A stretch of DNA of 64,000 nucleotides from Omnitrophica bacterium GWA2_41_15 (lineage in GTDB: Bacteria; Omnitrophota; Gorgyraeia; Gygaellales; UBA12090). The position numbers and the translations under genes were made by a program. The DNA lies in assembly GCA_919902675.1 (NCBI GenBank), contig CAKKRH010000016.1:8789-72788 (forward strand), in the 5' to 3' direction. Positions 43,801-50,919 of the stretch are shown one piece after another. The first letter of the stretch is position 1. Each line of letters starts with the position of its first letter. The notes beneath the pieces are model-generated. The model saw only the letters and a list, made by a program, of their open reading frames with translations. It was not told the DNA's origin and did not search any database.

Positions 43801-45429
43801 GGACAACTCCCCGGCCACAAGGTCAGCGTAACTATCGCCAAGACCCGCTATACCACACCAGGGGTGACCCTGATTTCTCCTCCTCCGCACCACGATATTT
43901 ATTCCATTGAGGACCTGGCCCAACTCATTTTTGATTTAAAAAACGTTAATCCCCGGGCGCGTATTAGCGTAAAATTAGTTTCAGAGATCGGCGTAGGCAC
44001 TATTGCCGCCGGGGTAGCCAAGGGCCACGCGGATATGATCCTGATTTCCGGCGCAGACGGAGGCACTGGAGCCTCGCCAATGAGCTCTATTAAGCACGCC
44101 GGACTGCCCTGGGAGCTGGGGATTTCCGAAACCCATCAGACCCTGGTCTTGAATGACTTAAGGAGCCGGGTGCGCCTGCAGACCGATGGCCAGATGCGCA
44201 CCGGCCGCGATGTGGCCATTGCCGCGATATTGGGGGCGGAGGAATACGGATTTTGCACCGCGGCCCTGATTATCTCCGGGTGCGTGATGCTCAGACATTG
44301 CCATTTAAATACCTGTTCTGTGGGGGTGGCTACCCAGGATGAGATCCTGGAAAAAAGATTTCGCGGCCGGCCGGAATACTTAGTGAATTATTTTCGTTTT
44401 GTGGTTAGCGAACTGCGGGAGATTATGGCTTCCCTGGGAGTAAGCCGGATGGAGGATCTGATCGGCCACACCGAGCTCCTGGAGCTTAATTCCGCGATCC
44501 TGCCCTGGAAGGCCAGGAATATAGATTATTCGCGCATCTTGTATCAGCCGAAAGTACCCAAGACCGTAGGCACGTATTATCAGATGAAGCAAGATCATGG
44601 TATAGATAAGGTCCTGGACCGTAAGTTAATTGATCTGGCTAAGCCAGCATTGAAAGAGGCCAATCCGGTAAAGATAGAGCTTCCAATAGAGAATGTCCAT
44701 CGCACTGCCGGGGCAATGCTAAGCGGAGAGGTTTGTAAGCGCTATGGCGAAGAGGCTTTGCCTGACGGCACGATCCACTGTAAATTTAAAGGCACAGCCG
44801 GTCAGAGTTTCGGAGCTTTCCTGGCTAAAGGGATTGTCTTTGAGCTTGAGGGCATGGCTAACGATTATGTGGGTAAAGGCGCATCCGGAGGCCGGATCAT
44901 CATTTATCCGGATAAATCCGCGGGGTATAAGCCGGAGGAAAACATCATTATCGGTAACACTACCTTCTATGGGGCTATTACCGGTGAGGCCTATATCCGG
45001 GGCCTGGCCGGAGAAAGGTTTTGCATTCGTAACTCCGGCTTGTTCGGGGTGGTGGAAGGTGTGGGCGACCACGGATGCGAGTATATGACCGGCGGACGGG
45101 TGGTGATCCTGGGTAGGACCGGGAGGAATTTTGCCGCCGGGATGTCCGGCGGGATCGCCTATGTCTATGACGCCGTGGGTGATTTTAAGAATAAATGCAA
45201 TATGGAGATGGTGGCTTTGGAGGCGGTTTCGCTTGAGGATGAGTTGACGATTACAGACTTATTACATAACCATCATAAATATACCAATAGCCTTTTAGCC
45301 AAGAAGGTGCTGGATAATTTTAAGGAAGAGCTAAAAAATTTTATTAAGGTGATGCCTCTTGAGTACAAGCGGATCCTGGAGCAAGAGAGGCTGGAGAAGA
45401 AGATGAAATTAACCGAAGTATCAGATTGA
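40810..45429 (+). CDS. gltB: Glutamate synthase large subunit
   Basis: Ntn amidotransferase start …HDSCGVGFV, FMN region GAKPGEGGQLPG, and Fe-S Cys cluster CVMLRHCHLNTC. 1539 aa. Confidence 0.95.
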   Translation: MKRRQDLEKYGLYDSRFEHDSCGVGFVCDVKGRKSNSIVRQGLKVLKRLSHRGATGADPKTGDGAGILIQTPHQFFLKIAHQARIRLPDYGEYGSGLVFLPANPKERKFCKDALAKIIKDEGQFLLGFRAVPVDNSDIGVSAQKTQPVIEQVFIRRVAKPPSRQVAKQDDLDFERRLYVIRKQAENIIRASKLKQKSSFYIPNLSSRTFSYKGLLMPEQVDSFFPDLLDEDVQSAICLVHSRYSTNTFPTWDLAQPFRFLAHNGEINTLRGNISWMSAREGLLKSGLFGKDINKLKPVIVPGGSDSAAIDNAFELLVLAGRPIEQAMMMLIPGAWEQHKLMDEKLKDFYKYHACFMEPWDGPAAIAFSDGISIGAVLDRNGLRPARYIVTKDDLAVMASEVGVLDEIKPSDIALSGRLEPGKMFFIDTLRQRIIQDDEIKEKAASRKPYGDWLKDNLLEFDKLPAARLKAESRKLKAGEDVLLLLNAFGYTREDLKLILKPMAEEGKEPIGSMGNDVPHAVLSRYPQMLYTYFKQLFAQVTNPAIDPIREELVMSLFSFVGAQKNILEETPGHARKLLVKEPILSNEDLAGIRGLNPALSYYEDTPGRGKGGVKEKGFKSKGVSILFNVEDEKDFLKTLNKVCQEAVAAIRQGYSFIILSDQGVNKKRAALPALLAVGAVHHYLVKKALRTQIGIILETAEPREVHHFALLFGYGADCVNPYLAYQSLAYLISEGQLNLDYAKALNNYRHALDTGILKILSKMGISTLQSYRGAQIFEALGVGLEVIDKCFCGTVSRVGGAGFSEICAESLLRHKQAFGEGSLNAPYLLSGGVYQWKRDGEYHLWNPDTIASLQDATRLGDYKKYREFANLINDQSKNPATLRSLLKFKSVRPIPIEKVETAENIFKRLATGAMSFGSISRGAHENLAIAMNRLGGRSNTGEGGEDPARFKPLANGDSKRSAIKQVASGRFGVTTNYLVNADEIQIKIAQGAKPGEGGQLPGHKVSVTIAKTRYTTPGVTLISPPPHHDIYSIEDLAQLIFDLKNVNPRARISVKLVSEIGVGTIAAGVAKGHADMILISGADGGTGASPMSSIKHAGLPWELGISETHQTLVLNDLRSRVRLQTDGQMRTGRDVAIAAILGAEEYGFCTAALIISGCVMLRHCHLNTCSVGVATQDEILEKRFRGRPEYLVNYFRFVVSELREIMASLGVSRMEDLIGHTELLELNSAILPWKARNIDYSRILYQPKVPKTVGTYYQMKQDHGIDKVLDRKLIDLAKPALKEANPVKIELPIENVHRTAGAMLSGEVCKRYGEEALPDGTIHCKFKGTAGQSFGAFLAKGIVFELEGMANDYVGKGASGGRIIIYPDKSAGYKPEENIIIGNTTFYGAITGEAYIRGLAGERFCIRNSGLFGVVEGVGDHGCEYMTGGRVVILGRTGRNFAAGMSGGIAYVYDAVGDFKNKCNMEMVALEAVSLEDELTITDLLHNHHKYTNSLLAKKVLDNFKEELKNFIKVMPLEYKRILEQERLEKKMKLTEVSD
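41279..41310 (+). repeat. In-CDS array of 4 octamers (tcgccaag / ccgccaag) in gltB
   Basis: tcgccaag ccgccaag tcgccaag tcgccaag, encoding …VAKPPSRQVAKQ…. Confidence 0.85.
42212..42239 (+). repeat. Right-arm-only GAAAGC heptamer array inside the gltB reading frame
   Basis: tgaaagc tgaaagc agaaagc tgaaagc, with the ATAAGC tag 16 nt upstream (42191-42196). It translates as …DKLPAARLKAESRKLKAGE…. Confidence 0.8.
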
Positions 45430-45433
45430 AAAG

Positions 45434-45570
45434 AAACACTAAACACTAAATTCTAAATCCTAAACAAATCCAAAACACAAAACCATAAACCTAAAACATA
45501 TTTTTGTTTTGAGTTTCTAACTTTGGGTTTTGAGCTTGTTTAGAGTTTAAGATTTAGAGTTTAGGGTTTT
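45434..45570 (+). repeat. CTAAACAAA-core long hairpin element (copy F, between gltB and gltD)
   Basis: …taaacac taaattc taaatcc taaacaa atccaaa … gagcttgtttagagtttaagatttagagtttagggtttt. It ends 8 nt before the gltD ATG. Confidence 0.8.
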
Positions 45571-45577
45571 ATATGAT

Positions 45578-47041
45578 ATGGCAGTAGACATTAAAGGTTT
45601 CTTAAAGGTAAAGAGAAAATATCCTGAATACCGGCCGGTCTGCGAGCGGGTCAAGGATTATCAGCCGGTTTTTGTCTTGAGGGCGAATCCCCAGAGCCAG
45701 GAACAGGCAGTGCGCTGTATGGATTGCGGCACCCCTTTTTGCCACTCGGGATGTCCGATTGGTAATTATATCCCGGAGTGGAATGAGATGATTGCCGCGG
45801 GAAAGTGGCAGAAGGCCTTTGAACTTCTTAATGCCACCAATAATATGCCGGAGGTTACCGGCCGTCTTTGTCCGGCGCCCTGTGAATACGCCTGCGTCTT
45901 GGGGATTAACGATGACCCGGTAACCATCCGGGAAAATGAATTAGCCATAATTGAGAATGGATTCAAAGAAGGTTTTATTAAGGCCCGGCCGCCTAAGAAA
46001 CGCACTGGTAAGAAAGTGGCGGTAATCGGTTCCGGGCCTGCCGGCCTGTCTTGCGCCGCCCAGTTGAACCAGGCCGGGCATAAAGTAACGGTCTTTGAGA
46101 AATACGACAAGCCAGGAGGGATACTGCGTTACGGTATACCGGACTTTAAGCTAGAGAAGTCTGTGCTTGAGCGTAGGATAGGGATTTGGAAAAAAGAAGG
46201 GATAGTTTTTAAGTGTGGGATAGATGTGGGCGAGGATTATTCGGCTAGAAAATTATTAAAAGATTTTGACGTCGTCTGCCTGGCCGGAGGTTCAAGGGTG
46301 TCCAGGGATTTAAAGATTGAAGGCCGGGAATTGTCCGGGATACACTTTGCCATGGATTACCTGATCCAGTCTAACCGCAGTCTGAGCGAAGAATTGAAAA
46401 ATTCCAATGCGGGTTTGGAGGAAGGTCAGCTTAACGCCAAAGGCAAAAGAGTGCTGGTTATCGGCGGAGGGGATACTGGTGCTGACTGCGTGGGCACTGC
46501 CAATAGACAGGGGGCTTGCTGCGTGGTCCAGATAGAGGTGATGCCTAAACCGTCGGAATGTCGCACTCAGGATATGCCCTGGCCAAAGTATCCGATGATC
46601 TTCAAGACCTCTTCCAGCCATGAAGAAGGCGGAGAGCGTCAGTGGGCAGTGCTGACCAAAAGATTTATTGGTGAGTCTGGAATGGTTAAAAAGGTCTCCT
46701 GCGTGAGAGCTGATTTTTCCCAAAAAGACGATAAAGGCTGTCCCTTGATGAGAGAGATTTCCGGGAGTGAATTTGAGATTGAGGCGGATTTAATCCTTTT
46801 GGCAGTAGGCTTCCTGCATCCGGAGCATAAGAGCCTGCTCAAAGATTTGAAAATAGAGCTTGATCTCCGCGGCAATGTCAAGACTAATGATAATTATATG
46901 ACTTCCCGAAAGGGTGTATTCTCGGCCGGAGATATGCGCCGGGGGCAATCATTGATAGTCTGGGCTATATCCGAAGGCCGCCGCTGTGCCCAGGCCATTG
47001 ATATATATCTCTGCGGTAAAAGCAGTCTTCCTTCCATTTAG
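45578..47041 (+). CDS. gltD: Glutamate synthase small subunit (NAD(P)H)
   Basis: RCMDCGTPFCH, LCPAPCEYAC and VAVIGSGPAGLSCA. Confidence 0.9.
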   Translation: MAVDIKGFLKVKRKYPEYRPVCERVKDYQPVFVLRANPQSQEQAVRCMDCGTPFCHSGCPIGNYIPEWNEMIAAGKWQKAFELLNATNNMPEVTGRLCPAPCEYACVLGINDDPVTIRENELAIIENGFKEGFIKARPPKKRTGKKVAVIGSGPAGLSCAAQLNQAGHKVTVFEKYDKPGGILRYGIPDFKLEKSVLERRIGIWKKEGIVFKCGIDVGEDYSARKLLKDFDVVCLAGGSRVSRDLKIEGRELSGIHFAMDYLIQSNRSLSEELKNSNAGLEEGQLNAKGKRVLVIGGGDTGADCVGTANRQGACCVVQIEVMPKPSECRTQDMPWPKYPMIFKTSSSHEEGGERQWAVLTKRFIGESGMVKKVSCVRADFSQKDDKGCPLMREISGSEFEIEADLILLAVGFLHPEHKSLLKDLKIELDLRGNVKTNDNYMTSRKGVFSAGDMRRGQSLIVWAISEGRRCAQAIDIYLCGKSSLPSI

Positions 47042-47111
47042 GCGGTCCTCCCGTCGAGTAAGAAAATGCCGAATTTCGTATCGTACTAATACATTATTAC
47101 AAAAGTCCTTT

Positions 47112-47319
47112 AAACCCGGAATTTGCAATAGTAATGGCATTCGCCGCCAAATAAGGGCACATCTTCGTCAGAAAAAAGCGCTTACATACTAAAAGTATGC
47201 GCGCACTTTTTTCTGCCAAATCTACTGGCCAGAAGGCCGTGGTTGGGCTTCCTATTAGCCCAAGCCACACCCTTCTTTGGCGTCTCGGTGCCGCATTCCT
47301 ATTGCAAAATCCGGGTTAA
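47112..47319. repeat. ~210-bp multi-branched inverted-repeat element (MITE-like or structured RNA)
   Basis: Outer arms aaacccggaatttgcaatag… / …ctattgcaaaatccgggtt. Second tier cgccaaataaggg / cccttctttggcg. Inner hairpins cagaaaaaag…cttttttctg and gtggttgggct…agcccaagccac. Confidence 0.65.
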
Positions 47320-47437
47320 AATAACCAAGCTCCAATATACAACAACCAAACAATCTTTAAGAATGGGTTTTTAGTTTGTGATTAGTTATCGATTATTGGA
47401 ATTTATTTGGTTTTTGTTTCTTGGTTGTTGGTTATTT
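47318..47437 (+). repeat. Low-complexity long hairpin (CCAA/TTGG variant)
   Basis: aaataacc…caacaaccaa on the left pairs with ttggttgttggttattt on the right. The architecture matches the CTAAAC elements. Confidence 0.6.
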
Positions 47438-47489
47438 AATAACTTATGTAACAGCCTGCTAATTTTAAAAAAACCTGGGCTAACTTTCC

Positions 47490-47517
47490 TTGACTTGGGG
47501 TGGTTTTAATATATAAT
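47490..47517 (+). promoter_or_regulatory. Putative promoter of the pilus operon; predicts a leaderless or near-leaderless pilB mRNA
   Basis: TTGACT, a 16-nt spacer, then TATAAT (47512-47517). ATG 47526 is 8 nt after the -10, and there is no SD. Confidence 0.45.
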
Positions 47518-47525
47518 TATTATAT

Positions 47526-49208
47526 ATGGCTATCTTGAGACAGCAAATCATTAAGCTTTTAATCGAGCGTGGTGTATTTGACTTAATCGAAGTCGAGGAG
47601 GCCATTAGCCTTCAGAAAAGAGAAGGCCAAAAATTCAGCTCTTTATTGATTAAGCATGCCCCGGAAAAGAAAGACATCGCCATAGAGTTTATAAATCGGA
47701 TTATCAATCCTCCCGCTATTACCGTCTCTCAACTTGTCCAGCTAAAGATACCTCCTGATGTATTAAGGACAATAACTTTCGAAACAGCCAGCCGGTATCA
47801 TATCCTCCCAATCATAAAACAAGGCAATAGTCTTAATGTGGTTTTAGATGATCCTTTTACCATTCTTGATTTAGAGGATGTAAAGGAACTGCAGAATTAC
47901 GCCATAAACCCGATAATCTCACCTAAGGTGGAGTTTATGGGGCAGGTTGAGCTTCGTTATTCCCGGACATTGGATTCTTCTTTTGATTCTAAATTCCAGG
48001 ATATGGATGATATCCTAAGCGGCGTAGCTGAGACGTTAACGGTTTTACGCAAAGACTCCAAAGGTCCTGAAACGACACATATGAACCTGGAGGACGCCCC
48101 GGTTATCAAGGCGACCAATCTTATCCTGGAAAAGGCCGTTGAGGCCCGGGCCAGCGACATACTTATTGAACCGCTTAAAGACAATACCCGGGTGCGTTTT
48201 CGTCTGGATGGGATATTGCAGCAGTTTGAGGACTTGCCCAAGGAATTTCATCAGGCAATCATTTCGCGGATAAAAGTGATTTCCGGCCTGGATATAGCTG
48301 AGCGCAGGCTCCCTCAGGATGGACAGTTTAAGATTAAATTAAGGGGCCGGGAGGTGGAGTTCCGGGTTTCAACCCTTCCAGTGGTAGGAGGCGAGAAGGC
48401 CGTACTCAGGGTATTGGATAAGTCTTTAGGCATGCTCAATATCGATAAATGCGGGATAAGGGATGAATATCTTGAGCCGCTCAAAAAATCGGCCGCCTCT
48501 CCTTATGGGATGATCCTGATGTGCGGACCAACCTGTTCCGGGAAGACCTCGACATTATATTCCCTGTTAAATTATATCCATACCCCGGAGAAGAATACCG
48601 TTACGGTTGAAGACCCGGTGGAATATCAGATAAAAGGATTAAATCAAGTGTCGGTTAATTCCAAGACCGGGCTCACCTTTACCAAATGCCTGCGTTCGAT
48701 ACTCAGGCAGGATCCCGACATAATTATGATTGGAGAGATAAGGGATTTTGAAACCATGGACATCGCCATTAAGGCTGCCTTGACCGGGCATCTGGTCTTA
48801 AGCACCCTGCATACCACCACTGCCCCGGGTTCGGTGGTGCGCATGGTTGATATGGGGGTTCAGCCGTTTCTGATCAACGCCTCGGTAATAGCTGTCATCG
48901 CCCAGCGCCTGGCGCGCAAGATATGCGTTAACTGCAGACAGCCGGTTTCCGGCCAGCCGTATTTTATCGGGACAGGCTGCAGGGACTGTTTTCACACCGG
49001 CTATAGCGGAAGAACGGTTATTACCGAGATCTTGTATATGAACCCGGAAATCAGGGACGCGATAGCCTCCGAAGAGCTCGATGAGGATAAGATAAAAAAT
49101 ATTGCCCGGGAATACGGGATGAAGACCTTAAGAGAAGAGGGAGAATTCCTGGCCCGCCATGGAATAACCACCATGGAAGAGGTTTACAGGCTTACTCCTT
49201 CGGATTAG
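47526..49208 (+). CDS. PilB/GspE-family secretion ATPase, paralogue 1
   Basis: GspE-N-like N-terminus, Walker A GPTCSGKTST (Cys at the usual Gly), Asp box VEDPVEYQ, Walker B IIMIGEIRD, His box LTGHLVLSTLHT, and tetra-Cys CVNC…CRDC. Confidence 0.85.
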   Translation: MAILRQQIIKLLIERGVFDLIEVEEAISLQKREGQKFSSLLIKHAPEKKDIAIEFINRIINPPAITVSQLVQLKIPPDVLRTITFETASRYHILPIIKQGNSLNVVLDDPFTILDLEDVKELQNYAINPIISPKVEFMGQVELRYSRTLDSSFDSKFQDMDDILSGVAETLTVLRKDSKGPETTHMNLEDAPVIKATNLILEKAVEARASDILIEPLKDNTRVRFRLDGILQQFEDLPKEFHQAIISRIKVISGLDIAERRLPQDGQFKIKLRGREVEFRVSTLPVVGGEKAVLRVLDKSLGMLNIDKCGIRDEYLEPLKKSAASPYGMILMCGPTCSGKTSTLYSLLNYIHTPEKNTVTVEDPVEYQIKGLNQVSVNSKTGLTFTKCLRSILRQDPDIIMIGEIRDFETMDIAIKAALTGHLVLSTLHTTTAPGSVVRMVDMGVQPFLINASVIAVIAQRLARKICVNCRQPVSGQPYFIGTGCRDCFHTGYSGRTVITEILYMNPEIRDAIASEELDEDKIKNIAREYGMKTLREEGEFLARHGITTMEEVYRLTPSD

Positions 49209-49219
49209 CGAAATAGATA

Positions 49220-50917
49220 ATGTCTAATACCAAGATTAATCTAAGCAAGATCTTGATTGATTCGGGGAAAATGTCCCTGGAAGAGCTGGGCAAGGCCTTA
49301 TTGATCCAAAAGAATAGCGGCTTTGATCTTAAGAAAATCTTAATTAGCGAGGGCTTCCTTTCCGAGGATGAGCTTTTAGGTTTGATTTCTTACTATATGT
49401 ATGTGCCTTGTCTGGACCTTTTAAAGTTCAGGGTGGACCTTGAAGTGATTAAACTGCTTCCAGAAAATTTGGCGCGTAAATATCAGATTCTGCCTTTACA
49501 CAGGATAGGAGATATTGTTGTGGTGGCAACGGCAGAGCCTCTGGATGTGATTACTTTAGATAATCTGCGCTTGGCCTTTGTTTATGAAATCAGGCAGGTT
49601 TTGTGTAAGGAAGGCCAGATAACGCCTTGTATAGATAAATATTATTCCAGCGACCAGGCCCTTAATGAAATCTTGGAGACCGGAGGACTGGATATAGAGA
49701 AATTATCCCTGACTGGCGATTATCAATCGCAGGACATGCTTCAGGAAAGCCAGAAACAGCCGATTATTGAAGCGGTTAACCTTATAATCGGCGAGGCGAT
49801 AAAGAAAAGGGCCAGCGATATACATATCGAGGCCCTGGAGGAATCCATCCTGGTACGCTACCGCATTGATGGTATATTGCATGAGGCTTATGACCTGCCA
49901 AAAAAAAGCCAGATGGGTATTGTCGCCCGTCTTAAAATCCTTTCCGGGATGGATATAACCAAGTCTTATGTTCCCCAGGACGGCAGGTTTGATATGCTCT
50001 TTTCTGGCAACCGGGAGATAGATTTCCGTGTTTCGAGCCTGCCAACTATTTTCGGCGAGAAGTTTGTCTTGAGGATATTGGATAAGGTTAATTCCATCGT
50101 TAAATTGGAAAGCCTGGGTTTTTCGCCCAGGCAATTGGGATTATTGAGGGATGCGGCCTCCAAGGACCACGGGATGATCCTGATTACCGGCCCTACAGGA
50201 AGCGGAAAGACCACTACTCTGTATTCCCTGCTGGCTGAGATAACCACAATCCACAAGCATATCATCACTGTCGAGGATCCGGTGGAATATCAGATTGACG
50301 GGATTAGCCAGACCCAGGTTAAGCCTGAGATAGAGTTGACCTTTGCCGCGGTGCTCAGGGCTTTGCTTAGGCAGACTCCCGACGTGATTATGATCGGGGA
50401 GATACGCGACGGAGAAACCGCGGATATGGCCATCAAGTCTTCCCTGGTGGGCCAGCTTATTTTAAGCACTCTGCATACCAATGACGCGGTAGGGGCCTTT
50501 GCCAGGCTTAAAGACATGGGCATAGAGCGTTACCTGATAGCCTCTTCCTTGCTTTTGGTCTGTGCCCAGAGGCTTTGCCGCAAGATATGCCTTAACTGCA
50601 AAGAACAGCTTGAGTTTTTGCCCAAATCGATAATCAAGGAATTCGGACCGCGGATCGAAGGCAGGAAATTTTATTACGGTAAGGGATGCGGCGATTGTAA
50701 CAATACTGGATACAAGGGGAGGGTTGCCTTGCTTGAGGCCTTAAAGGTTGATGATGCCATAAAGAATATGATTATTAGGAAAACTTCTTTGGATAAAGTC
50801 AAGGAGTTCGCGCTTGAGGAGAAAAGGCTTATTACCTTAAGGGATGACGGCTTGGATAAGGCCTCAGGTGGAGTAACCACATTAGACGAGATATTGAGGG
50901 TAACGGCCAAGGAATAA
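49220..50917 (+). CDS. PilB/GspE-family secretion ATPase, paralogue 2
   Basis: Walker A GPTGSGKTTT, VEDPVEYQ, VIMIGEIRD, His box variant LVGQLILSTLHT, and tetra-Cys CLNC…CGDC. It starts 11 nt after paralogue 1. Confidence 0.85.
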   Translation: MSNTKINLSKILIDSGKMSLEELGKALLIQKNSGFDLKKILISEGFLSEDELLGLISYYMYVPCLDLLKFRVDLEVIKLLPENLARKYQILPLHRIGDIVVVATAEPLDVITLDNLRLAFVYEIRQVLCKEGQITPCIDKYYSSDQALNEILETGGLDIEKLSLTGDYQSQDMLQESQKQPIIEAVNLIIGEAIKKRASDIHIEALEESILVRYRIDGILHEAYDLPKKSQMGIVARLKILSGMDITKSYVPQDGRFDMLFSGNREIDFRVSSLPTIFGEKFVLRILDKVNSIVKLESLGFSPRQLGLLRDAASKDHGMILITGPTGSGKTTTLYSLLAEITTIHKHIITVEDPVEYQIDGISQTQVKPEIELTFAAVLRALLRQTPDVIMIGEIRDGETADMAIKSSLVGQLILSTLHTNDAVGAFARLKDMGIERYLIASSLLLVCAQRLCRKICLNCKEQLEFLPKSIIKEFGPRIEGRKFYYGKGCGDCNNTGYKGRVALLEALKVDDAIKNMIIRKTSLDKVKEFALEEKRLITLRDDGLDKASGGVTTLDEILRVTAKE

Positions 50918-50919
50918 AG

